DNA of 63,775 nt, filler included, from Choristocarpus tenellus KU-1152 (Eukaryota; Protista; Phaeophyceae), in the NCBI GenBank assembly GCA_964200185.2. It is 13 parts of 13 records of this genome, joined end to end, with 100 filler letters (N's around TTAATTAATTAA, not from the genome) between each part and the next. Parts side by side here need not be neighbours in the genome. Positions count along the whole stretch, not along the records: positions 25,719 to 30,018 come from CAXNAD020015222.1; positions 30,119 to 33,381 come from CAXNAD020021175.1; positions 33,482 to 39,651 come from CAXNAD020008773.1; 10 more parts are not named here. One strand, 5' to 3'. Numbering within the stretch: the stretch's first letter is position 1; every line of letters starts with the position of its first letter. The translations under genes and the position numbers were made by a program. The notes beneath the pieces were generated by a model. The model was given only the letters and a program-made list of their open reading frames with translations, was not told where the DNA came from and ran no database searches. Of the stretch, positions 25,950 through 38,549 are shown piece by piece.

Positions 25950-27050
25950 CCACTCTAAGCTGACTGTCATCATTGTGCAAGGGGTGGCCATTCCCCTGCA
26001 GAGTTGGCCTAGCCGTTTCACCACATGCATGTGCTGGCGCACTTGTCCTTCCGGCCTAGGTCTGGCGCGGGCATGTTGGGCATTGATGTTGGGACTCCTA
26101 TACCTGGCCACCGGGTACCTGTTGGATAGGGCCTCCTCCCTCCCTAGAGATCTACTGGTGGTGAGTATAAACTCCACTGGAGGAATCCGGCATCCTGGTT
26201 GTAAGTAAGATTGTTTGGAGGCCCTTGTATTGACTCCTTGCCCTCACTGGCTGTGGTGTTGAGCTCTAGAGCTAGCAAAGATCTTACTCTCCCTTGTTTC
26301 TCTGCATGAGTTCTAAGGTTGGTCAGTTGTGTCCGAAAGCAGTTGAATCGGATCTTGTTCAGATGGCTGGAACGTCGTGTTGTGCCCCCCTTGGGATCCT
26401 GGCATCATGAGCTGCTATAGCATGGACTTCCGGGATGGGAGGGGGGGTTGTTGTTCCTGTCCAGTTTACCCATCTTTGACCAATATTTATCCCCAAGTCC
26501 TCCACACGGGACCTCTGACAAGAGGGGTGTAGATTGATAATCCTATGGGCTGGACTGTGGTGCTTGCACAAATAACTTGGAAATATCTACTCCATGGGAC
26601 CCTTGTTGCCTGGTTAGGAGGATGGGAGAGTTGTCACTAGCAATCCCACAAAAGCTTCATACCAGCGGTGTCTTGTGGAGGATAGGTCCAGGCCCCCTGA
26701 ACTTGTGTACAGCTGTGCGGCACTTGTTTGTGTGTTTCGAGATGAAGAAGGCCCATTTTCGTACACTCCTTCAAAGAATTCAGTGGCCCCAGCTGACTCT
26801 ACTACCAATATCTTCTCCACATTACAAAGTGAGGTGTTGTCGTCTTGTTCCATTGCGGAACATGCCAGGTAGGAGTGAATGGCCCTCCCAAAACAAACCA
26901 AACGGGGAGAGAGGGACCAGGAGTTGAGGAACAGGCAACCTGTTAATCCTCCATCTCACTTAGTTGCATGGTCAGCATGCTCGAGCCTTAAGTCTCGATC
27001 TCTGTGGCCATGTGGGGGATTCAATAAAATTAATCTCTCCCTACCAGAGC
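25950..27050 (-). mobile_element. Second decayed copy of the same CRE-like family (post-RT region)
   Basis: FLNSWSLSPRL...LACSAMEQDDNTSL...YTSSGGLDLSSTRHRWYEAFVGLLVTTLP and IPPVEFILTTSRSLGREEAL align with LLNSWSLSSRL...PTSAGGLGLSSMKHRQHTAFIGSLVATFP and IPPIEFKLTVSRPLGREEAL of the 22900-25618 copy. Confidence 0.85.
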
Positions 27051-27773
27051 CCACAGTGTGACAATACCATTTGGGTCCTTAGCCAGGTTGATGTTAGAAC
27101 TATAGTGAACAGGTGAGGTACTGAGATAGTAGTCCGCGGCCTATTTCCTTGGTAGGGGTTAATTAGAGTTCTAACAATTGGTTCCTGCGGTAGCTTGGAG
27201 TTCCAGTTTCAAGGGTGTTGGTGGGGTGGTGACCTAATGTGCTGTGGTATAGGTCTTATCCATATTTACCACTACTATGCCCACCTGATACAGGTCCTTT
27301 TTCACCTCCTCAAAAGCAGCAATATTTGGAGTTTTATCATGTTCCTTGTTGTGGAGATAGATGCGTCGTGCAGGAATGTTTGGGAGGAGTTTTGCTCCAT
27401 ATATATATATGATCAAAATGTATGCAACACAGACAAGTGGAGGTGTGCGAATCATCGAAGTGTTACGTCATTGATTGGAAGGTATATTTACATTAACGTC
27501 CAAAATATCCAACCGAAATTACCCCACAATTTTCGGTTTCCATTATTGGGGACGTTTTCGAATGGTAGGATAATCCCTAACATCACCACCTTTAAGTTCT
27601 ATTATAATAATATGATATTTGGTGAGAGGTTTCTTTTCTCTACTCTCAAATAATATTACACTAAACGTTTTGAGAGTAGTACAACAGCACTAGATTTTTG
27701 TCTTATTCGGGTTGGGTTGTCCCTTGACCATGCCAAAGAAACAGGAGAGGAATCACGTTATTGAACATAAATA

Positions 27774-30018
27774 ATGGACAATGGTCGGGCATCTGAGCCG
27801 TCCCCTCAGGAACAGCTTAGTTCTGGGCCTCCATTGTCGTCTACAAGAGAGATGCATAGGTAGGCACTTCGTTGCAAGATGTGCAAGCAAAAACACTCAC
27901 TAGTGTAATACTGGGGTTAGATATGAGGTCCAGACTCACTCTGTGTCCCACGGAGGCCTCCATGTGTATTCGCAGGTCGTCGATACTATTGGCTGTACTG
28001 GAGTCCATATCGTCTTGCCCTCACCATTGTCACGTTGGGAATCCATCTCTCATCTCATTATTGTTATCAGTATCAGGGTGGACCAAGCTCTGGATTACAT
28101 GGAAGACGTACGGTTGAAACTCAAAGATCAACCGGAGCTTTATGCCAAGTTTGTCAAGGTCCTGATGGACCACAAGAACGGGTGCTGCAAAAATCCTACT
28201 GACACTGCTGGAGTGGTCAACCATTTGACTAACATCCTACGTGGTCACGACAGCCTCATCCTCGGATTGAACATGTTCCTGCCTAATGAAGAAAAGGTGG
28301 ACATTAAGGGACTGTCTAACTCATCTCCTCTTAATCGGCTTGATTCCGACACTGTGGTGCACCCTGTTGAAGGAAGACCAAGGTGCGCACTATGCTAGGG
28401 GATGCGATGGCCCTGGCGATGAAAGTGGATCTGTGTACGTTGCGGATACATCAGAGATTGGTCTGAGTTTGAGTTGCACTTACTGTCCGACAGTGTACTA
28501 GCTTTGATTAGGATCCCAGCGTGAAGTTCTACCTAACTAAGTTAAGATCTAACTGACATTATTCTGGTGTTATTTTGAACTCTGTCGCATTGGGAATTTG
28601 CTGGTGTCCCCTCGTGACGATCGTCAGGGTGGTTGACGCCATTGATTACATGGATGATGTGAAAGCCAAGCTTATTGACCAGCCAGAGGTTTACGCCAAG
28701 TTTGTCCAGGTTCTGGCAGATTTTGGAGAAGAGGCTACAGACAACAACCCCCAGCTCATCAAGCAGGTGGCCAACATATTACGTGGTCATGACAGTCTTG
28801 TTATAGGCTTCAACAAATTCTTACCCGATTCGGAAAAGATGGAAATTGGGAAGGATTTAGACCCCCCCCATCATGAACAGCTCCCTGCTCCTGCTGCTTC
28901 ATCACCTCTTAATGAAAAACTAAGGTGAGACATTGTAGTGCTACCACAAATGCAATGGCAACAACACTTGACCTGTGTACACCATGGAAGCATATTAAAT
29001 GCCCAAGTGAAAATGAACCTTCTTGTCATATGTTGCAGCTAGCCAAGATGTTGGGTCTTGTGTGGTTCACAAGCAATCCACAGTGAGATTTTTCCTCGTG
29101 TCCATTTTGTTGCTGCCCTTTATTCTGCCTCATTGGGGTGGGGGTTCATTGGTATTGTATCACGGCCATGGTCAGGGCTGCTGAAGTTGCCAGTTACATG
29201 GACGATGTCAAGAACAAACTCATTGACCATCCAGAGCTTTTTGCTAAGTTCCTCTTGGCCGTGAATGGCTTCCGTGAAAAGGCGATTGACACTTCTGAAG
29301 TCATCAAGCAGATGGCAAACATTCTTCGTGGCCACGACAGTCTCATCCTCGGATTCAATACCTTCTTGCCCAGCACCAACCAGATTGACCTCGAGGACCT
29401 CAAGCGCTGGGAAACTGAATGCAGTGAGAAAAACCAGTGGCAAGGGGCCGCCTTGTCTCCACAATACACCTCACTCATTCCAGCAGTACCAAACATTTGT
29501 GAGTCAAGCACCGCAGTTGAAAGCATCCATCGTTCATCATCCCCACCCCAAGCATCACCCGGGCCAATAGCAGTCTCCCAGAAGCCATTAGTCACCCTCA
29601 ATCCCCACCAGTCTGTGGATTTTCACCAACCACAACCTGAAGCTCCCGAGGTTTTGTTACCTGCCGAGCAGCAGAAACAACTGATTGATCTATCGCACAC
29701 CTCACCCTCTTCCTCCACTCGAACGGAGCCGACGAAACGTGTTCTTCGTAGCAAACGTTTGAAGAAGAAGAGGGACTTGAGTATTCGTGATGAAGCTCCG
29801 AGGGCAACGTTACCATCCTCTGGTAGCGGTGACGGCGATAATGACAGGCGAGGCATAGCTGGAAAGGGAACTGGCTCCCAAGGAGGAGGATCGAAGAGTG
29901 GTGGTAGAACTGTAGGGGTTAAGGACCAGGAAGGTGATGACAGTAAAGATGCAAGTAATTCCAGTGAAGGTGGGGGTGGGGGTGGGGGTGGTGAGGGTGG
30001 TGGGGGTGGGGGATACAG
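27774..30018 (+). CDS. Paired amphipathic helix (PAH) repeat protein with three Sin3-PAH1-like domains, 3' partial
   Basis: Exons 27774-27859, 28077-28382, 28628-28924 and 29176-30018 (contig end). All introns are phase 2 and the exons join in frame. Exons 2-4 each begin with one domain of the form V..A.dYMdDVK.KL.DqPE.YAKF...........vikq.aNILRGHDSLilGfN.FLP, the Sin3 PAH1 pattern. Confidence 0.88.
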
Positions 30019-30649
30019 NNNNNNNNNNNNNNNNNNNNNNNNNNNNNNNNNNNNNNNNNNNNTTAATTAATTAANNNNNNNNNNNNNNNNNNNNNNNNNN
30101 NNNNNNNNNNNNNNNNNNACACTCTGGTGTAGACCCCCCCCCCCCCAGATACTTTGGGTCAGCATTTCCCTCCAACTCTCCAAGGCCATCATATGAATGA
30201 ACCGCCTCGTAAACTTCAGCGCCTTCCGTGAAGTGACGTCTCTCAGAGCTTCCTCTCTCCCCAGCATAACCTCCCACGACCTCACCAGGTAAATGGCCCG
30301 ATCATTGGGGATGCAAAACCTGTGAAATAATTGACGTTCTTCCTCGTCATCCTCCTCACCCTCCTTATCCATCAAAGCGCAGATGAGCAATATCCCAGTT
30401 ACGTTTACAATATGCCTAGATCTCGCCTCCAACCTGAAGGTACATTCATCGAAAGACGATGAACTCAAGGATAATGGACCTGAGGACAATGACATTCGGT
30501 CTCTCTCACTCTCTTCATCCATTTTGTCGACCTTGAACCAGATTTGCTATCGTCAAGTGTCATGGTACACCTATGTGTACGGGATCGTTGTCAAAGACTA
30601 CTAAGACTACACTGACAGCCGTGTTCTCACAACTGATTCCCCTAGTCTA

Positions 30650-32110
30650 TCCCCCCACCACTGCTACCTGTCCCCAAAGCCCCCAAGTCAACCCCCCTTT
30701 AGCCACTGTCCCACCACTTCCCAACATAATCCCAGTACCACTGATATTCTGACCAAGCCTCACTGCCCCCAGTTGCTGATACCGTTTACGACAGAGCTCT
30801 GCTTCTACAGTATCACCGCTCTTCTGAAAAGTCCTCCAAGCTTGCTTAGCAGTCTTAAGCATTCCGTCAAAATTTGGACTATCTTTCCTAGCAGTAGCTT
30901 TTCTACCATTATGTGTACGTGTCTCGTCATGTCTCTAGCCGCATCATCCAATGTGGATATGAGGGCACCAATAATGTGGTCATCCATCCTAAGAAGTTTT
31001 TCCTTGACTCTGTTTCCAACTTCAAGTCCTCCTCAGCAGCCCTCCGCTCTCCACTTAAGAGGACTCCACTGACACCCTGTCCTTATTTAAGTCACTTGAG
31101 GACGTGGATCCTTCTTGTGCGAGTCCCTCTCTCACACACATGTCGAAGTCTTGGAGTATGTCATTGGATGGGGGCCCATATACTGCAAGCAGGAGAAGAT
31201 ATGGAGACCCAACCATCTGGCATTTTGTTTGGAGGGAGGGGGAATAGGGGAAACTTGGGGCAAAGGTTTCCCCCCTGACCCAGGAGAGGGTAGTTCCTGG
31301 ATGGGCCTTTCTGGGGTGGCGCCGGCAGGACTGGAGGTTGGACCTCCTCACTCAGACTCCACCACTTTAGCCTTAGTCGCCGCTGGAGATTCACCTTCGT
31401 CCTCCCCTCCACCAACAAAGTCGATGATACTCCCAGTAATCCTCGATTTCTCCTGTTCCTCCCACAAACAGGTCGCACCGCTTCTGCAGGCAGTCTGTCT
31501 CCTGCTCCCCAGACCGCAACTTTCCTCTGGGAACAAGACTGGGAAGCAAAAAGAGTGTTGGATATGTGTATATTAAGATGCTCCCCATTGAGCATTGTGA
31601 TTTTGGATCTCAGGTGTGTAACCTATGAAAATGAAGTGCAATACAGGAGGAGCTAGCTCAAGCAACATCAACTGTCGTACTCACGTCAGGCAGAAGGAGA
31701 TGTACGCGTTGGTAACAATCTTCAGCACCTTCGTCCACCTGAACTATATCGAAGTGTTCGAACATAGGAATATCTTCAGAATGGTCTTCCTGGTTCCCAA
31801 GGTTGTCTGCACCAACACTTCCTTCGTAAGAGTCTGGGGGGGTCAAGTCTGGGGCTTCCTCTCCTAACCACTTCAAGAATCCAGGGACCACCACATCCTT
31901 ATATGCTTATGTTGTCAAGGCATGTCTCGCATCCCGTGAAAATGTGCTTCCGCATTCCTTCACAGACCTTGCCGCATAGGCGATGGGAACGGCTTCAAAT
32001 GACCAGCAGTGATATTTGAACCACACGTATTCTTCAGTCTCCTGAGTACCCATGATACTACAGCATTCAACTCGAAGCCTATGCCTGTAACTGCATCCCC
32101 ACAAGCCATG
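30650..32110 (-). pseudogene. Degraded coding-like relic, possibly the N-terminal part of a CRE-like retroelement
   Basis: Fragmented frames with a zinc-finger-like ECGSTFSRDARHALTT and LFLLPSLVPRGKLRSG...LQKRCDLFVGG, reminiscent of the pre-RT region of CRE elements. Many stops and no clean splice pattern. Confidence 0.3.
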
Positions 32111-33736
32111 ATTCAGTGTTCCAAGAACCTTGTATGGGTATTGGCTCTCCAGCGTTAGATGTTACGGTGGAGTGGTGTGATGGTGATACTGAGGACTCTT
32201 GTACAATACATTGCGTCAGGATAATCATATTGAATCTGAAGTATAACTCGCAACAACCATATCCGTTGTTCAGATTTTCAGTGAAAAGTAAAACCAAACG
32301 GCAAAAAATTACATGTGTATAGGAGATGGCCACATTATATTTTGTGCACTCTTTTAATGTAGATGGGAACATTACCAATCACAAACGAATGTGCGTGCAA
32401 TATACTTGTGTGAGCGCACGGATGTGGATTGGACTGAGGTCAGCTCCTAATATGATCTCTCTGCTCACAAATACATTTGATTTATAATATAACTGGAGTA
32501 AGCGATTTATTTTTTATTCACTCCTTTGTTGGAATTTTTTATGTATTAGAATTGTTTGGGAAGTAGAGAATAAAAATGACTTTCTCACACCGATGTAATA
32601 CAGATGTCAATCAGGTATGAAATATTCTGCACAGTTTCTACTTGCGTGCAGTGGGTCCTTTTACATCAAACTGACTTTTGTTGTAAGTGTTTGTGGTTGT
32701 TCCAGAAACTATTTGCAGTATAATCCCTTCCATTCTCTATTTTTTACATGATCCGATCGAACAAAAAAAAAACTTGGAATGTTACACATTTCCATTCCAT
32801 CTTTCATTATGAATGTGTGATGGGTGGTAATGCAGAAAAACCACTCTATTCTAGACCTATGGGGAGCACATGAACGCTGCTACTGGTCGGGAGAAACGTC
32901 TGGGCATTGGTGATGATAATCGGAGACCTGCTGCCATAATCCAGAAGTAAAGATAGCTCAGATATTTGTGCCCTCTCAGGAATATCGACTCAAGCCCAGC
33001 TATCACGATATACTCCTTCGATTTCCACGTCAGTCATGGACTAGCGGGGGAGTCTTATCGCTACTTGGAGCCACCACAGGACGTCGAGAGGAGAAACAAA
33101 ATAGCGACAGGACCATTCCTATCCGTTCTCGTCGACGGAAAACTTGCAATTCATGCGCCAGGTACAACAATATTACCACTGCCCAAATTGTCCCTGCCTT
33201 CCTGTTCCTTGTTTGTTTTGCCTCTCCCCCTGTGGAGTCTCCACACTCTTTCCTTCTACATCACACTCCCCTGTGCATTGCCCACGATAGTTTCCATCTC
33301 CCTCGTTTCTCTTTCTCTCCGATTCAGTCCTCAAGGCCTTGGACCGAGAAGTGGGTCAAAGTATCTGGGGGGGGCGGGGAGNNNNNNNNNNNNNNNNNNN
33401 NNNNNNNNNNNNNNNNNNNNNNNNNTTAATTAATTAANNNNNNNNNNNNNNNNNNNNNNNNNNNNNNNNNNNNNNNNNNNNCCCCCCCCAGATACTTTGA
33501 GCCTCTTACACTGTGCAATACATGTCATTTCATTGCATTGTGTACACAACAGTGCACTCAAAATTGGCACAAAGTGACACCTCAATTCAGGAAAAAGATC
33601 TTCTGCAATTGTACAAGATGTAGCCGTTTTTCCCTTTCTCGGGATCCTTGAAAGAAAACCCTGACCCTGCCCGCCTACCCTCTTAGTCTGGTTTGACTCC
33701 CAGGTGCCTACAAAACGACACACACGCTCAAGAGGG

Positions 33737-33768
<32 letters not shown>

Positions 33769-33823
33769 GCATTACACAACTAAAAACTGAGTCAATTTTC
33801 GATTTAACACCTATCGGCTGCAG

Positions 33824-36800
33824 GACCAGGTTGACCACGGCCCGTCAAGAGCTCCAAATAGTAGTGGCGCATCTACGGACGATATCGCTGGATATAGTCC
33901 AGGGCGTGACAGAATGGAGGGTGAGACAGAAGATGATAGCTGGAGGGAGTTTGTATACTGAGCATTGTGCTATTCAACAACCATGTAGAGATTCATAGCA
34001 GGTGTCCTCCCACTCCCTCCCAAGTAAATTTGTGACGTCGATTCACAGGTAGTTTTTTCTTTTTCCTACCCGTCTCTCTCGAATCGCAATTGTGTTTTTT
34101 GCACCTTCTTGCTGCACACTTCAAAGCATGTCCCCCATTCATCTGCTTCTCCTACTAACCCTAACCCTAGAGGGGTAGATAGAGTCTTCACGCAAAGCAG
34201 TGCAGGCGTTCCTTTATTTCAAAACAACCTGTTTGTCCCTCACTCAGGTTGCTACTGCAGGTGATTCTCGCCTTGGCTATCGTTGCACGAAGGGCCCCAG
34301 ATACATTCCATCTCCCCCTGGAGTAATCTGCAAGAGCCCTCCGGCTGGAATGGAGAGCAGGAAGATAGAATGCTCGAACAGTACTGGTATTCACAGGACA
34401 TACTTGGCGAAGAGCTTGGACAAGCTGAGCTTGGAGGACAATTCGGATCATAACAACCAAGCAAAAGGTGAGGAGGTTGTGGGAACAACTCCTGTGGCAT
34501 TCCTCTGGAAGGGAGAAAACTATATCCTCAAGATGAGAGATGATATCGCATTCCTCGATAACATCTCCCCGATCTCAAGGTGGTTGGGTTTTCGGGTAGA
34601 AGGGAACCCATTTTTTCTGACCCCCAGTGGTCCAGGGGTCAAGGGGATGCACACTAGCAACCATGGCGAGCAACGACTTCATGCTCCCGAATTTCAAGAG
34701 TGCAACAGCGATTGCCAGGGGGCAGGACCCATAGCTGGAACTTGTTCGGCGGCACGTTCATTCCTAGTCCCCCCGTTGCCCACAACGCTTCAAGATCAGT
34801 GTAGACTGGCCATGAAAGTCCTGGAGAGGGAGGTGCAGCTGGAGGCTTTAATTGATCACCGGGCCAGGGACTGGAGTGGTAACATGCAAAAAGCAAGGGA
34901 GCTCCTCAAATCCCGAGAAGATGTCAAAGGTGCTCAAGTCCGGGTCAAAATGCTGTCACAGAGGAGTGAAAATTCCGGGCTCGCTGCCCTGCTCAGGGAA
35001 CGGCACGAGGGATTAATAACTCCGCCAAACTCTTCAAATCCTCGCTGCGTAAGATCAGCACCGGCGACAGCAGCCAGGGGTGGAAGAGGAAATGACACCC
35101 ATCGCCTCAACTCATGGTCAGGTCTCCTGTGCTCATCGGCAACTACCTTCCAGAGCGGTCTCACTGGGTCTTGCACGGAGGAATGTTCATTGCCGTCAGC
35201 TACTACCCGGGGGCGACTGGAGTCCGTTGCATCAACGAACATGCCCTTGGCGTCGTCAACCGTACTAGGTTTGGGAACCCGTGTGTCACAGTCATTGGCA
35301 TCGACTTCCCTCCGTCCAAGCACTGCCAGCATGTCAGCCCGACTTGATTCCATTGCTAGAGCATCCAGGTGCACAGCCCTGCGCACCGTCCACACCAAGA
35401 CTATTCGAGAGGGGGTCATCATAATCGCCAATCCGGCAAGGTCTCCTTCGTGTTACAGGGAAGCAGCCAGAACGGTGCAGAAGGCGTTTGTCAGGTGGCA
35501 TGCTCGTATTGTTGTCCTCAGGAAGCACAGGGAGTTGGTCGGTGTGGTGATACTCATCCAGCGCTGGTGGAGGGGCTACCTTGGGAGGAGAGAGGCAAGG
35601 GCGGTTCATGTAGAGGTACAGGTAGGAATCCTGCGGGGGAGGGCAAGGGTGCGACTGCAGAATAAGGCGGCGACCTTCATCACCATCTTTTTCCGGAACA
35701 TCATGTACAGCTGTCGGAGGGTGAGAGGATGCGATGCCGTAGAGCCGCATCCATTTAATCCCCAAATCCGATATTGCGATATTGATGTAACTTTGGCCAT
35801 TGTGTTGATTAGGAAGTGTCGATATCCTTCCTTTTCATAATGTGTGTACATTTTAGCTACTCCGAAATATTTTGGAGTAGATAAAATGTCGTAAAATAAA
35901 CCCTTTAGGGAGGCCAAGCCCCAAATGGACAAACAGGGCAAAACTCGTACTCTCTAAGATACTTCCACTCTAGATATATATACACACATATCCTTCTTTG
36001 TCATTGCTTTGCTTTTGTGGGTGTACCTAATGTGGGAAACAAAAGCCTTGATTGAGTGCTCCTAACAATAGCGCTTGACAAAGGCAATCTCAGTTTAGTT
36101 CATCTCAGTTTAGTTAATTCCAGCAGCAGCATGCAAGAATCGGAAAAGCGTTTTTTTTTTTGGCTCGACTTGATAGATGTGGACTGATCGACTTGATAGG
36201 TGTGGACTGATCGACTTGATAGGTGTGGACTGATCGACTTGATAGATGTGGACTGATTGACTTGATAGGTGTGGACTGATCGGAGGCAAGAAGTACAATC
36301 TCCTTTCTCCCTCCTTCAACTCACTAACCCTAACCCTGCAAACATTTAGTTCCCACTGAATAACGCCATCGATCTTCTGACATTCTAGGACCGACTCAAG
36401 TACCTTGAAGACCACAAGGAACAAATCTCATCTGCGGTGAAACAGCAGGTGAGGGGTACAGAAATTCAGGAGAGAACGCCTTAGAAAGTTAGGGTCACCC
36501 GGAGACTAACTTATGAGGAGGAAAGTTGTCCAACACAGTGCCGACTGTCTTGGCCTTCGGGTGGGGGGGGGGGAACCCCTCATACAGAGGGACGGCTTCA
36601 CATTGAAGCTAAAACCCCCAACATGTCGTGACGCACACCTCTGAAGCTAAGCTAAAACTGAACTCGATACCTCTCGATTGTGCTCTCTCCCTTGCCCTCT
36701 CTTGAAGTGCCCAAATAAAATAAAATATAATAAAATATAATATATAATTTTATATATATACCACGGAATCACAAAGGTCGGAGGTCTTTTGCATATACCG

Positions 36801-38342
36801 TATCTATAACAAAAAATATATATTTCAACCCGTCGCGTGCAAATACGTGTTTTTGTTTTGTTTAAAAAAATAAAATAAATCATAATATGCAGATGGCTGC
36901 TATCCTGATTCAGCGCAAGTGTCACCGGTTCCTGTGTGCAAAGGCCGCTAGGCGAAAGGAGATGGAGCTACACAACCGTGCTCAAGGGCAGATAGCCAGG
37001 ATGGCTAGAAGGCGTAGATATAATATGATGTTTTTGTCCACGGCAGTCTCTACTGCGCCTTCCAAAGAGTACAGGTGGTGTGAAATGCTGGTGAGTATCT
37101 CAATCTACTCTCTTTTGATATTGTGACAAGCACACCAGGCTGGATTTTCGTTTGATTTTTGTTTGATTTTTGGTTGATCAATAACGCCTGTCCATTCCTC
37201 AGCCCACCCACCGCCGCCGAGTGCGATGGCCGTGCTTCAACCCCCCTTATCGATGTCTTTCATTCATGGTATCTGTCACAACTGTCCAGAGGAAACAAGC
37301 ATTGGGTTCACCTTCCCTTCAAGGGGTTGGTCCATTTATTCCACAGAACCAGGCAGTAAAATGTTAATTAAAATTATTTTGAGGGTACAAATAGAAAACC
37401 AATTTTCTGCTGATTTGATGGTTGGTGACGCTCGAACCCCAGTGCTTGCTTGCTGTTCTGAAGGGACAGGTAATCCTGTAGACCCTGTTCGGGGTGGGGC
37501 TTGTCTCAAGCAGGCTCTAAGGGATAGGATAGTCAAGTTGGTGGACCCCTTTCAACTCTTTTATTCATAGTGTCATAGTGTCATAGTGTCAGGGCCAATA
37601 TTGTTGGGAATATTGTTGGGAATATTGTTGGGCCATCTGTTCTCACCCTTAGTTCGGGAGATGGTTTGCTATTCATGTTTGAATCACCCCCTCCTTCGGC
37701 AATAGCTTCAGTTTACCCATTGACACAAACGTTTGTCCAATCACAAAAGCACTCTCTCCGTTCCAACGCCCTTAAGTGCTACACATTCACGAGTAGCTGG
37801 TTAGGTATAGGCATTGAATTAAAAACGTACACAAAGGGTTCTTGTTAGGGCAGTGAGGGCTACTGTCGTCTGAAAAGCACAACAAGCACAACTCCCCCCC
37901 CCTTCCCCCCTGATCAAGTAACAAGCTCTACAAAATAGAGAGGTTGTTTGTTCCAATGTGAGGGCTTGAAAATGCAGCCTAGCCTCAGCCTCAGCCTCAG
38001 CCTCAACCCTCCATACTACGGCAACTCTCCCAGTCCCCAGACGCAGCAGCAACCTGCTTGCAGGCGCTGTACAGAGGCCACCAGATACGACAAGCAATGG
38101 AAGTACATAGAGTTGAGGGCTGTGTGACCAGCCGCAAAGCCTTGGAGTGCAAGCAAGCGACCCTGGAGGCTGCCATGAAGGCATTGTCGGCGGCTTTGTC
38201 AGCAGCAACTGAGTTGACATCAGTGTCGAACATTGCTTCGGAGGACTCCATGCCCCAGGAGTGTGATGTTCACACCAATACAAGAGGAAGGTACGGTGTA
38301 GATGATGCCCATCATCAGCAGTGGCGACTAGAGAGTGATTGA
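33824..38342 (+). CDS. IQ-motif (calmodulin-binding) protein of unknown function, 5' partial
   Basis: Exons 33824-33920, 34248-35720, 36389-36448 and 36893-37090 join in frame. One exon near 37203-37350 is uncertain; the last exon is 38041-38342. IQ motifs: TVQKAFVRWHAR, LIQRWWRGYLGR, LIQRKCHRFLCAK, CLQALYRGHQIR. Confidence 0.78.
35738..35970 (+). mobile_element. MITE family B, copy with a decayed left end, intronic
   Basis: Internal sequence and right end CCCCAAATGGACAAACAGGGCAAAACTCGTACTCTCTAAGATACTTCCACTC match the 58869-59127 copy. Confidence 0.85.
36165..36282. repeat. 23-bp tandem repeat x5 (TCGACTTGATAGRTGTGGACTGA)
   Basis: Five head-to-tail, near-identical units with no spacers, inside an intron. 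Confidence 0.95.
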
Positions 38343-38353
38343 CCTAGACATGT

Positions 38354-38549
38354 GGCTCAAAGTATCTGGGAGGGGGTGGCGGCTGTCCATTTGGGGCCAA
38401 TTTTTTCATGTCGCAATTTTTGTGTGATTTGGTTGCATACATACGTTGGATGGATGATGTCGGTGCACTTCTCCTGGTTATGGCTCAAATAGACATCCTG
38501 GTTTAGAACCCTCCCCCTTCCCCCCCCCCCCCCCCAGATACTTTGGGTC
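38354..38549 (+). mobile_element. MITE family A (about 196 bp), complete copy with 4-bp TSD ATGT
   Basis: atgt|GGCTCAAAGTATCTGGGAGGGGG...CCCCCAGATACTTTGGGTC|atgt. Partial copies sit at contig or window ends: 12225-12408, 17327-17411, 25719-25900, 30119-30160, 33353-33381, 33482-33503, 39752-39814, 45232-45272, 45373-45394, 60863-60921, 61022-61083, 63755-63775. Confidence 0.92.

Noticed and set aside
36165-36282. CRISPR-like 23-bp repeats
   Set aside because: The units are contiguous with no spacers, lie in a eukaryotic intron, and no cas genes are present.
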